A stretch of DNA of 32,000 nt. Origin: Methanobacterium sp. UBA294 (GTDB taxonomy: Archaea > Methanobacteriota > Methanobacteria > Methanobacteriales > Methanobacteriaceae). Shown here one piece after another: positions 1-8,417 of the stretch. Location of the stretch: positions 56,951-88,950 of the forward strand of contig DACB01000006.1 of NCBI GenBank assembly GCA_002494495.1. Reading direction: 5' to 3'. The notes below the pieces were generated by a model, which was not told where the DNA came from, did not search any database, and saw only the letters and a list, made by a program, of their open reading frames with translations. Each line of letters starts with the position of its first letter. Position 1 is the first letter of the stretch. The position numbers were made by a program, and so were the translations under genes.

Positions 1-9
1 TTGGTATTC

Positions 10-615
10 TTAATTTTCCTTAATTTTAATGGAATTTAAAACCACATCCAGGGCTGGTTCAATTTGGGAATAGAAGGTGTGTTCCGTTGTTTCGCTGGTA
101 CTAATTGTAATGCTCTGGTTAGTTGTCTCAAATATCACCACTGCGAAGTAGTGATCAGGGCCGATAAAGAGGATATCATCATGGGCAGTGCTTATATATA
201 CCAGTTTCTCTCCTTTACCACCGTTAACATCCACAGTTTCGCGGGTAACAACCTCAAATCTGGGTTCTTCTATTGGATACATCTTGATGATATGGTCGAT
301 GTAATCTGAGGGTGTTTCCATATTTCTGTCATAGCCTGTAACAATGATGTATGGATAACGGGCATTTAACGGCCTTAAAATGGCGAGATTATATTCACTG
401 TCATTTTCTTCGTCTACTGACCAGTTAGCAGGTACCTTGAGACTTAAATGTTCATTTTCATAATCCCTTTCAGGTGCATTATCAAGTAGAGTCAAACAGG
501 AGACTACTACTATTGATAGAATAACAACTAGTATTAATATTAGTTTCCGTGTTGAACTGGTCATCATTACACTATTATGGTATTGAATGTTTATACTATT
601 TATTTTGTCATACAT
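10..615 (-). CDS. hypothetical membrane-anchored/exported protein
   Basis: 201-aa ORF with an ATG start. A basic stretch is followed by one hydrophobic helix (RKLILILVVILSIVVVSCLTLL) and a ~150-aa soluble domain. No motif I can name. An alternative start exists at the MM pair (codons 17/18). Confidence 0.5.
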   Translation of the reverse strand: MYDKINSINIQYHNSVMMTSSTRKLILILVVILSIVVVSCLTLLDNAPERDYENEHLSLKVPANWSVDEENDSEYNLAILRPLNARYPYIIVTGYDRNMETPSDYIDHIIKMYPIEEPRFEVVTRETVDVNGGKGEKLVYISTAHDDILFIGPDHYFAVVIFETTNQSITISTSETTEHTFYSQIEPALDVVLNSIKIKEN

Positions 616-690
616 TACAATAATTAATGCATTAATTTTTCTGTATATAATACAAATTGATTATTAACAATGTAATTTGTTTAATAGGGA

Positions 691-1230
691 ATGAGTTATA
701 TGGAAGGAATTTACTGCCCCCACTGTGGACTTCGAACACCTCGTTTCAATTTTTGTGCCAACTGTGGAAAACCACTACATCAATGTAATGAGTCTGCCGA
801 TAATTCTTTCGATTCTCCAGAATTTGTAATCGCTGCAATCAAGACATCAGATTCATCAATGAAGAAGGATGGTGAACCTAAAAACGTCCTTTTCACCACT
901 AACTACTTGATAGAGATTGAAGGATCAAAAGATGAATTTGTTCATAATATAATGAACATGTCATCTGGAGGGCAAATAATTGAAGACATAAATAAAAAAA
1001 TAGATTTGAGCACTGATCTTAAGGCATTGCCTAATCCAAGGGTTATTGCCTACTATGAGATTGAAAAAGCTGAACTTTATAGTAATTTTTTGATTACATA
1101 TCTGGAAATAACTTCAACTTCATTTACACCAAGATACAATCTTGGAGCTAAAAAATACAGAAAACAGTTCGAAGATAAATTACGAAATCTTCTAGAACCA
1201 AAAATTGGGTACAAATTCATTATGAAATAG
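691..1230 (+). CDS. zinc-ribbon domain protein, function unknown
   Basis: 179-aa ORF. The N-terminus has CPHCG-x10-CANCG, a classic C4 zinc ribbon. The C-terminal ~120 aa has no recognisable catalytic motif. A purine-rich TAGGGA sits just upstream of the ATG. Confidence 0.6.
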   Translation: MSYMEGIYCPHCGLRTPRFNFCANCGKPLHQCNESADNSFDSPEFVIAAIKTSDSSMKKDGEPKNVLFTTNYLIEIEGSKDEFVHNIMNMSSGGQIIEDINKKIDLSTDLKALPNPRVIAYYEIEKAELYSNFLITYLEITSTSFTPRYNLGAKKYRKQFEDKLRNLLEPKIGYKFIMK

Positions 1231-1265
1231 TATGATAATTTTTTTAAAAAAATAAAAAAAAAATG

Positions 1266-1625
1266 TTAACCAGTTAAATAAACGCTCAATATTGCATCGT
1301 CTAATTCGCCACCACCACTAACCGAGGAATTTGCAGAGTTTATTGTTTCATCTCCTCTCATCAACTGTATGGATAGTGTCTCATTGGAGTCTTTATCCTT
1401 CTTTTCAACATCAACTTTCAAACTACCAACATACATGCCTAGATCAATTGTTTGTTCACCGGTGCCTTCTATTGTTCGTGTTTCATCTTCTGTGGTTATG
1501 GTACCATTCCAGCTACCAGGATAATTTACCACTACTTTAATGGGTGATGTTACACATCCTGATACAGCAACTACCACTAAAAATATGGCAATTATTAACA
1601 AACCAGCTTCTATTTTTTTTGCCAT
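1266..1625 (-). CDS. small lipoprotein-like exported protein
   Basis: 119-aa ORF. It has a signal-like helix ending in a lipobox-like VSGC. SD-like GGGAGGT lies 7-8 nt upstream of the ATG. It sits 58 nt downstream of the DUF2207 gene on the same strand. Confidence 0.6.
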   Translation of the reverse strand: MAKKIEAGLLIIAIFLVVVAVSGCVTSPIKVVVNYPGSWNGTITTEDETRTIEGTGEQTIDLGMYVGSLKVDVEKKDKDSNETLSIQLMRGDETINSANSSVSGGGELDDAILSVYLTG

Positions 1626-1683
1626 TTACCTACCTCCCTGTTTAAAATCTGCTAACATTTTAAAAAAATTAATTCAGGGGGTT

Positions 1684-3492
1684 TTAGAATGCTCCTCCGC
1701 CCCCTCCGCCGGATCCTCCACCGACTCCTCCGACTCCGCCGGATCCTCCGAAACCATCATTACCTTCACCCTCGGTAGCAGTGCTCATACCTGTATTTAG
1801 GCTGGATAATAGGATGGCGCTGCCTCCATAGTAGTGGAAGTTGTACAGGTTATTCTGGTCAAGATCTTCCTTTGGTAGTGACATCTTCATTGATTTTTCA
1901 ACTTTATCTGCCACACCAAGAGCTGTTGCGTAAACTAAAAACTGGTTCCAGACAATAACTGATTCTGGAGGATATTCTTTGATTAAAGAGAAGTCCTGAA
2001 TATATTTTTTAAATGCCTGCCATTTAGCATCGTAATCTACACCTTCCTGTGTCCAGCGACCACCAACCTTCTGGGGTAATATAATTGAAATTATTCCTGC
2101 AATCCCCATGATTATGGAAGCTATAAAGGCATAGGTAGCTGCGGGTAAAGGATCTAATATTGTGAAGTAACCCACTACCCCAGCGACTATAATGGCCAAT
2201 ATTCCATAGTATTTAATATATGTAGCTCCGGTTTTAATGAATAATTGGTCGGTTTTTTCTTCTAAGTAATCTATTTCCAAATCAGATGCCCATGAATCAT
2301 AAGAACTCTTAAATGACTTTGCTGTACTTTTATTTTTCAGTCTTTTTTGCATCTTTTTTAAATTTACCACATCATTAGATGACATTCTTCTAAAAAAGTA
2401 TATGATGTGTTTTTCGAATTGATCAAGATCTTCTAAATCTCCTGTTTTTAGTTCCAGGTTTATGGATTTTTTCTTTCCTTCCCCTTCAGTGGAAACACCA
2501 AGATATCCCCGGTTGATGAGGTCCATGATTGTGGCCTGGAATCCTTCCATGGTTGGTGTTCCAACTTGCTTGCCCTTTCCTTTCCCAGAAATGGCGTTGA
2601 CCACCGCAGGTGGATCATTGGTGGGTAGTTCACGTTCGTAAGTTCCATGGTAGGTGCTTTCAGGTTCCCTTCCATATTTTAGATATGAAAAGATGGGTAT
2701 ACCTACGCTTAACACCATTAAAACTGCCAGTAAAGAGTATAATATGGTGTAGAAGTTCAACTGGTTTTGATAGTCCTGTTGAATTTTTTCCATTATGGGT
2801 AATCCATCGTTGTTAATTATTTGAGCATAGGGAGTGTTTGTAGCGAACTGATCCTTTGGAATGGCCAGTCGTACTTCGAAGAAGTTTCCAGGAGAAATGG
2901 AATTGGTATTGATGTTTAAAACAGAACCATCCCATGTATCACTAGAAACATAGTAGGGTGGATTCAACCAGTACTTAACTCCTTCCTGGGACTTCAGGTG
3001 CACGTTGGTGGTTATTCCTCCCACATCCACATCCCAATATTCACCCCAGACCTTGAATTGTAGACCGGCAACATCGTTGTAGATCTTTACCACGTTAATG
3101 AAATTATATTCAATAGTTACCACTACATCTTTATTGGATATGGGGAAAGTTTTAGCAGAATCAGAGTAAAGATATATCTTTAACGATGTCATGTCACTAT
3201 TATTAGTGACTACATATGTTGAGTAAGCCCCCTCGGTTGATACGTTTATATTCTCTATCCTTTCTCCAGTTTGTATCGGTATATCTCTGTAAACACCGTT
3301 GAAAGTTCCATCAAAAGAGTAGTGCAGAGTTTCTTTAACCCTTAAATTTCCATCTTCCTGGACATAGAGATCGAATGTTGCATGGGGAATAGTGTAACTC
3401 CCCTCGGCAGCAGCAATTAAACCCATAACTGGGAGTAAGGATAATGCAAGGATTAAAATAAGAAAAATGGAGGAAATTTTAATTCTATTCAT
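1684..3492 (-). CDS. DUF2207-type multi-pass membrane protein with Gly-rich C-terminal tail
   Basis: 602 aa. Layout: N-terminal signal, ~210-aa extracytoplasmic domain, TM helix, ~160-aa loop, further TM helices, and a C-terminal tail GGSGGVGGVGGGSGGGGGGAF. This architecture and the adjacency to LemA are typical of DUF2207. SD GAGGGAT lies 5 nt upstream of the ATG. Confidence 0.75.
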   Translation of the reverse strand: MNRIKISSIFLILILALSLLPVMGLIAAAEGSYTIPHATFDLYVQEDGNLRVKETLHYSFDGTFNGVYRDIPIQTGERIENINVSTEGAYSTYVVTNNSDMTSLKIYLYSDSAKTFPISNKDVVVTIEYNFINVVKIYNDVAGLQFKVWGEYWDVDVGGITTNVHLKSQEGVKYWLNPPYYVSSDTWDGSVLNINTNSISPGNFFEVRLAIPKDQFATNTPYAQIINNDGLPIMEKIQQDYQNQLNFYTILYSLLAVLMVLSVGIPIFSYLKYGREPESTYHGTYERELPTNDPPAVVNAISGKGKGKQVGTPTMEGFQATIMDLINRGYLGVSTEGEGKKKSINLELKTGDLEDLDQFEKHIIYFFRRMSSNDVVNLKKMQKRLKNKSTAKSFKSSYDSWASDLEIDYLEEKTDQLFIKTGATYIKYYGILAIIVAGVVGYFTILDPLPAATYAFIASIIMGIAGIISIILPQKVGGRWTQEGVDYDAKWQAFKKYIQDFSLIKEYPPESVIVWNQFLVYATALGVADKVEKSMKMSLPKEDLDQNNLYNFHYYGGSAILLSSLNTGMSTATEGEGNDGFGGSGGVGGVGGGSGGGGGGAF

Positions 3493-3540
3493 TTTTATCC
3501 CTCTAAAATTTTTATTTATTTTTAATATATTTTTTCAAAC

Positions 3541-4101
3541 CTAAAATTCTACTTCTGGCACTGTCCTGGTTGCTTCTTCAGTTTCAAAGAACTCAGCTAT
3601 CTCAAAGTTAAATGTGTTGGCTATGATATTGCTGGGAAACATCTGGCATTTGTTGTTGAACATGAGAACTGTGTCGTTGTAGAACTGGCGTGAATAGGCG
3701 ATTTTATCTTCAGTTTCTGAAAGCTGTCTTTGCAGGTCCAGGAAATTCTGGTTGGCTTTAAGATCAGGATAATTTTCAGCAACAGCGAAAAGGGATTTTA
3801 ATGCACCAGTTAGCATGTCATTTGCTTCCTGACTTTGTTTAACAGTATCGGCAGTCATAATTGCTGATCTTGCTTCGGTGACTCTTTCAAATACGCCTTT
3901 CTCGTGTTTTGCATAGCCTTTGACTGTTTCCACCAAGTTGGGAATTAGATCGGCCCTTCTTTTAAGCTGAACATCAATTTGGGACCATGCATTTTGCACC
4001 TTATTCCTGGCACCTATTAAGCCATTGTAAAGTGCGACTATGATTCCTACAATTAGCAGTACTATTATTCCAATTATGATATATATCCACATTATATTCA
4101 T
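3541..4101 (-). CDS. lemA: LemA family protein
   Basis: 186 aa. One N-terminal TM helix is followed by the LemA signature region ([44 protein letters not shown]). The true start may be the second ATG (codon 4), which is better spaced from GGAG. Confidence 0.9.
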   Translation of the reverse strand: MNIMWIYIIIGIIVLLIVGIIVALYNGLIGARNKVQNAWSQIDVQLKRRADLIPNLVETVKGYAKHEKGVFERVTEARSAIMTADTVKQSQEANDMLTGALKSLFAVAENYPDLKANQNFLDLQRQLSETEDKIAYSRQFYNDTVLMFNNKCQMFPSNIIANTFNFEIAEFFETEEATRTVPEVEF

Positions 4102-4221
4102 CTCCTATTAGCTAGTTGATATGGGCTATGTATATAGATTCCCATTTTAAAAAAGAAAAAAAAGTCCAAATTTTATAAAAAAAATTTTATAAAAATTAAA
4201 TTTATTGAACCAATTTAATGA

Positions 4222-4268
4222 ATGAATTAATTAAAAAAAATAAGAAATAAGTTCCATAATTGGAACTT
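4222..4268 (-). terminator. hairpin plus oligo-T terminator after pan
   Basis: An 8-bp stem AAGTTCCA / TGGAACTT (4249-4256 / 4261-4268) with loop TAAT overlaps the pan stop codon. On the minus strand it is followed by TTATTTCTTATTTTTTTT. Confidence 0.4.
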
Positions 4269-5496
4269 AACCGTACATTACCCCTGCTTCCTTCCTCATC
4301 TCTTCTTCTCTTTCCATTCCGATTATTTTATCTACAGCATCCATGAAATCGTTCATGGTTACTACAGTTCGCTCTTCTCGAATGGCAAACATTCCTGCTT
4401 CGGTACAGATTGCTTTCAGGTCTGCTCCGGAAGCTCCTTCTGTGAGATTTGCGATGGTTTGGAGGTCAACTTCCTCTAGGGACATGTTTGTGGAGTGGAT
4501 TTTGAGTATTTCCATACGGCCAACTTCGTTGGGTATGGGTACTTCGATGAATCGGTCGAATCTACCTGGACGTAAGAGTGCTGGATCCAGGATATCTGGT
4601 CTGTTGGTGGCTGCGACGATTCCCACATCACCTCGCCCCTCGAATCCGTCCATCTCCGCGAGAAGCTGCATTAATGTACGTTGTACTTCGCGGTCTCCGC
4701 TGGTTGAGCTTTTAAGTCTTTTGGCGGCTATGGCATCGATTTCGTCTATGAAGATTATGCTGGGTGCTTTTTCCTTGGCGAGTTCAAACACGCCACGCAC
4801 CAATCGTGCTCCTTCCCCTATGTATTTTTTAACGAATTCTGAGGCAACTATTTTGATGAAAGTGGCATGGGTTTCCTCGGCCACTGCCTTGGCCAGAAGG
4901 GTTTTACCAGTACCTGGAGGACCGTATAATAGAACTCCTTTTGGTGGTTCTATTCCTATTTTAGTGAATAGTTCAGGCTTCTTAAGTGGTAGTTCTACAG
5001 TTTCTTTAATTTCAACTACCTGTTCTTCTAATCCACCTATCTGTTCATAATTTACACCTGGTTTATCTTCAACTTCCATACCTGTAACAAGGGGGTCTTT
5101 TTCAGAAGGAAGTACGTTGACTATGCTGAAGGTCTGCTGGTTTAAGGCCACTCTAGCTCCGGGCTCTAAAGATTTTTCATCTAAGAAACGTGAATATCCA
5201 ATAACAAAGTGCGGTCCGGTACTGCTTTTAACAACTACTTTACCATCGTCCAGTAATTCGGTTACGGTTGCTATTACCAGTGGTGGAGATCTGAATCTTT
5301 CTATTTCTCCTCTGAGAGATTTTACCTCTCTTTCAATCCGCATTTTTTCATTTTCAAGTAATACTTTATCCTTTTCGAGCTTCCTTACCTTCCACATTAA
5401 ATTACGTTTGGTTTTTGTATTTTCCTCCTTAAGGATTTTAATCTCTTTTTTTAAGTCTTCGATTTTTTTTAAAACGCTGGGAGACATGTTTTCCAT
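4267..5496 (-). CDS. pan: proteasome-activating nucleotidase (AAA+ ATPase, Rpt-like)
   Basis: 409 aa. It has an N-terminal coiled coil, Walker [16 protein letters not shown], Walker [10 protein letters not shown], and a C-terminal M-Y-G that fits the HbYX proteasome-docking motif. SD GGAGTGA lies upstream of the ATG. Confidence 0.95.
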   Translation of the reverse strand: MENMSPSVLKKIEDLKKEIKILKEENTKTKRNLMWKVRKLEKDKVLLENEKMRIEREVKSLRGEIERFRSPPLVIATVTELLDDGKVVVKSSTGPHFVIGYSRFLDEKSLEPGARVALNQQTFSIVNVLPSEKDPLVTGMEVEDKPGVNYEQIGGLEEQVVEIKETVELPLKKPELFTKIGIEPPKGVLLYGPPGTGKTLLAKAVAEETHATFIKIVASEFVKKYIGEGARLVRGVFELAKEKAPSIIFIDEIDAIAAKRLKSSTSGDREVQRTLMQLLAEMDGFEGRGDVGIVAATNRPDILDPALLRPGRFDRFIEVPIPNEVGRMEILKIHSTNMSLEEVDLQTIANLTEGASGADLKAICTEAGMFAIREERTVVTMNDFMDAVDKIIGMEREEEMRKEAGVMYG

Positions 5497-5628
5497 GATC
5501 CTGGTTCACTCCTAATCTTTTTTCATTATTAAAAAAATTAATTATTTTAATGTGTTATATAGTCAACTATTATCCCTAATAATATTTAAATATTGAGGTG
5601 TAAAATTATACATATACAATTTAAAGGG

Positions 5629-6093
5629 ATGCCCATGAGATGCGAGATTTGTGGAAAAAAGTTACCTGGTAGGCCAGTTCGTGTTAAAATCGATGGTTCA
5701 ATAATGCAAACATGTAATGAGTGTTCAAAATTTGGTAAAGTACAAAAGGAACCACCAAGGCCAGTAAAACCAAGAACACCCCCTAGCCGTCTTAGATCAA
5801 GAGAACCATCATATGAAGTCTCTGAAGACTATAATACACTGATTAGAACAGCAAGGGAAAGAAATAATTGGTCAAGAGAGGAATTAGCGCAAAAACTCAA
5901 TGAAAAAACATCAGTAATTAATAGGATAGAATCTTCAAAGATGATTCCAGATATTAAGCTCGCTAGGAAGATAGAAAGACTTCTTAAAATTCAAATATTG
6001 GAAAAAATAGATGATGAACATCAAGAAGATAGCGTTTCATCAACCAAGGGCGGTACTACCATTGGTGATATAGCCATGATAAAAAAGAGGTAA
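5629..6093 (+). CDS. mbf1: archaeal multiprotein-bridging factor 1 (zinc ribbon + Cro/C1-type HTH)
   Basis: N-terminal CEICG-x19-CNEC zinc ribbon and a C-terminal HTH region (NWSREELAQKLNEKTSVINRIESSK). The ORF track starts at a TTG (5593). I prefer the ATG at 5629 (or 5635) immediately before the zinc ribbon. Confidence 0.8.
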   Translation: MPMRCEICGKKLPGRPVRVKIDGSIMQTCNECSKFGKVQKEPPRPVKPRTPPSRLRSREPSYEVSEDYNTLIRTARERNNWSREELAQKLNEKTSVINRIESSKMIPDIKLARKIERLLKIQILEKIDDEHQEDSVSSTKGGTTIGDIAMIKKR

Positions 6094-6103
6094 AAAGTTT
6101 TAT

Positions 6104-6454
6104 TTATTTTTTCAGGGAATAATAACCTTTAAGGGGGGTGAGTTTTCCATAAATATCCTTTAAATTAGAGTAATCTTTGTATTCGTCACTTATAACAACC
6201 AGATGTGCTGGAGGATGTATTTTCCTCACCTGTATTATACTTTTGGTGGTATCCTCCTCCACTAGCACCATCACTGCCTGTTTAGATTTCCTTTTAATTT
6301 TTTGTTTCAAAATACGGCCAATAACTTCATCTGCTAGTTCTGGAGGTACTATTTTAGGTTTGCCATTGATTTTAAGCTGGGCATGCCTTTCTATATCTGC
6401 CAGGGCATTCAGAATCTTTTTTTTATCATCTGCCCTGATTAAAATAATTGCCAT
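6104..6454 (-). CDS. hypothetical cytoplasmic protein (basic, 116 aa)
   Basis: ATG start with SD GGTGAT 7 nt upstream. That SD overlaps the stop codon of the upstream 424-aa gene, which ends 10 nt away. No TM helix and no motif recognised. Confidence 0.55.
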   Translation of the reverse strand: MAIILIRADDKKKILNALADIERHAQLKINGKPKIVPPELADEVIGRILKQKIKRKSKQAVMVLVEEDTTKSIIQVRKIHPPAHLVVISDEYKDYSNLKDIYGKLTPLKGYYSLKK

Positions 6455-6464
6455 GGTCTATAAA

Positions 6465-7739
6465 TCACCGTTTTTTCATAAATGAAGTGATCAATGTGCT
6501 TCTAAATAGTACTAAAACTACTAAAATTAACCCTATTGCAGTCTGTAGATTTCCCACAATATCCAGCAATGTGGAGCTGATGGGCAGATTCCATGGTGGT
6601 GATGTTCTACCGCCGCCTAGTGGTGTGAAATAAACTCCTACCTGTTTGGAATTTTCCCTGATATTGATATCCTTGGGTTCCACATGGTTTACACCAATTA
6701 AAAGTCCACGGTCAATGGCAGAGTTAATTGATTGTGCAATTGCGTTAGCGTTGAATCCATTTTTGTTAACCGAATATTTAACAACTTCTGATGTGGTGGT
6801 AGCGATACCGGGCTGGTCTGTTCCATAGGTATTAACCGTTGCATTAGTCGGCGAAATAGTAATTGCGGTTTTAAGAACATCATAGGCATGAGCTGTCTTC
6901 AATGGATTACCATCCAGTGGACATGAGCTGTAACTTTCAGCTGCTGGATATGCCACACCCCATCCACATTCAGGGTCGTATTTACTATATGGCTCATTCA
7001 TGGGGAAACCAGGCTGGTTTACTTCAGTTGGTGTGAATGTATCTCCAGTGGTAATGGAAGATACCAGGTTAATTGCTCCTCCACCGTGGTTTTCATTGGC
7101 CTCCACCGATACCTTTTTAAAGACATCTCCCATTATTTCTGTGGCGGAGTAACCATCCCTAATCTTTTCACCGATCATCACTGCCGTTTCTCTTCTTATT
7201 ACTTCGGCGTCTCCACCACTAGGATTGCTTGACGTGTGTCTTAAGTGGATTATCGCGCCTTTGGTACCTGCTGGCAGGACAGCAAGCCCGTTTCTGTGAG
7301 GAGATACCATGATGGTTCCATCATCAGCTACAGTTACCACGTATACAGAGAAATCCCCGCCTACAGCAGCCCCTATGGTTGGACCACCAGCCATAATTCT
7401 TATTCCTTTATAATTTGAAGCTGCAGTTACAGCACTCGATGGTGTTTCATTATTTTTAAACCTTTTGATAGTATCCACAATAGCCCCTAACCTATTGGTT
7501 TCGTTCATTTCTGCACCACCAGATAGAACTGCAAATTTATCTTCCGGAGAGAATATGAAGGTGGATTGAAACATATTGTTGGCGTAGGACATACTACCTG
7601 CAGCTGCACCGTTAGGATCCTGACCTGTGGGGTCAGATATGATGATAACGTTTAAAGTGGCAGCTGCGGTGTTCATGGCCAGTGAGACTGTCACCAGTAA
7701 GACCATGATTTTTAAGATTTTTATCCGGTTGATGTTCAC
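6465..7739 (-). CDS. uncharacterised extracytoplasmic protein with N-terminal signal/anchor and C-terminal TM anchor
   Basis: 424 aa. The N-terminus is MNINRIK plus a hydrophobic helix. The C-terminus is AIGLILVVLVLF...FMKKR, so positive-inside topology places the ~370-aa G/A/T/S-rich domain outside. It has only two Cys, 18 residues apart (CGWGVAYPAAESYSSC), and three N-x-S/T sequons (NET, NET, NAT). The GTG start overlaps the TGA stop of the upstream gene (GTGA). Confidence 0.7.
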   Translation of the reverse strand: MNINRIKILKIMVLLVTVSLAMNTAAATLNVIIISDPTGQDPNGAAAGSMSYANNMFQSTFIFSPEDKFAVLSGGAEMNETNRLGAIVDTIKRFKNNETPSSAVTAASNYKGIRIMAGGPTIGAAVGGDFSVYVVTVADDGTIMVSPHRNGLAVLPAGTKGAIIHLRHTSSNPSGGDAEVIRRETAVMIGEKIRDGYSATEIMGDVFKKVSVEANENHGGGAINLVSSITTGDTFTPTEVNQPGFPMNEPYSKYDPECGWGVAYPAAESYSSCPLDGNPLKTAHAYDVLKTAITISPTNATVNTYGTDQPGIATTTSEVVKYSVNKNGFNANAIAQSINSAIDRGLLIGVNHVEPKDINIRENSKQVGVYFTPLGGGRTSPPWNLPISSTLLDIVGNLQTAIGLILVVLVLFRSTLITSFMKKR

Positions 7740-8158
7740 TTCACCACCACTGTTGAGAAATCTTCGATAACATTGATGGTTACTATGCCTGTTACTTTAT
7801 CCACCTTAACATCCACGGCTGTTATAGGATATATTTGGGTACCTGGAATTGAAGAGTAGGATACCGCGGTTTCCGCATTTTTTATTGCACCCTCAAGGGG
7901 TACCTTTCGCTTGGTGGTAACCAGTGTATCTCCCTGAATATAACTTCCAGATCTGAATCCTACATCTGCTGCCATAGTTTTAATTGTAGTTGTAGGTACG
8001 ATGTCATTTCCTTTAACAATCACTCCTGCAATGGGAACACCTTGTGTTGTGTCATCAGAGGAGGCGTAAGACACATAGATCATAAGCCGGCCTGAAACAA
8101 TCAACATGAAGGCCAACATTAGGATGATTAATGTATCTCTTCTTATTTTTATAAACAT
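7736..8158 (-). CDS. bitopic membrane protein with a POTRA-like extracytoplasmic domain (tentative)
   Basis: 140 aa. MFIKIRRD is followed by one TM helix and then ~100 aa with the pattern I-x-G-V-I-V-K-G-N-D-I-V...V-T-I-N-V-I-E. This resembles FtsQ/DivIB/BamA POTRA repeats at pattern level only. SD GGTGA lies 8 nt upstream of the ATG. Confidence 0.6.
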   Translation of the reverse strand: MFIKIRRDTLIILMLAFMLIVSGRLMIYVSYASSDDTTQGVPIAGVIVKGNDIVPTTTIKTMAADVGFRSGSYIQGDTLVTTKRKVPLEGAIKNAETAVSYSSIPGTQIYPITAVDVKVDKVTGIVTINVIEDFSTVVVK

Positions 8159-8221
8159 CCTGTTTTCACCATTAATACTCTAATATGTGTTAATATTAAA
8201 TTGTATTTGATATTTAAGTTT

Positions 8222-8248
8222 AAAAAAATTTTTGTAGTTTTTAACTAC
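8222..8248 (-). terminator. hairpin plus T7 between the Mur ligase and the downstream trio
   Basis: Stem GTAGTT / AACTAC (8234-8239 / 8243-8248) with a 3-nt loop. On the minus strand it is followed by AAAAATTTTTTT. Confidence 0.3.
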
Positions 8249-8417
8249 GAATAATATGGATATATCCTTTTTTTGAGGATTTATTGTATCTTCACTATTA
8301 ATGTTTTTTCTTATAAATAAATTTTCTATACAATATGGAATGGTATCTTTATATATTAACTTTGACCTTGCTTAAATAAGTTAATTTTTTACAGGCTTTG
8401 TTTAGAATTAATTGATC

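Noticed and set aside
1690-1760. G+C-rich patch with repeated CCGCCGGATCCTCC (two BamHI sites) in an otherwise AT-rich window. It could suggest foreign DNA or a repeat element.
   Set aside because: It is fully explained as the antisense of GGN codons encoding the poly-Gly/Ser C-terminal tail of the DUF2207 protein.
4343-5515. Long plus-strand ORFs (235 aa and 132 aa) antisense to pan.
   Set aside because: These are Ser/Pro/Arg-rich, low-complexity translations lying opposite a gene with unmistakable AAA+ motifs. They are classic shadow ORFs with no SD or start context.
5593-5628. TTG start (5593) for mbf1 and GTG start (12249) for the PLD gene, as given by the ORF track.
   Set aside because: In mbf1 the extension adds 12 residues before the conserved zinc ribbon, and an ATG lies directly in front of the ribbon. 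In the PLD gene the GTG is part of the AGGTGA Shine-Dalgarno that serves the ATG at 12240.
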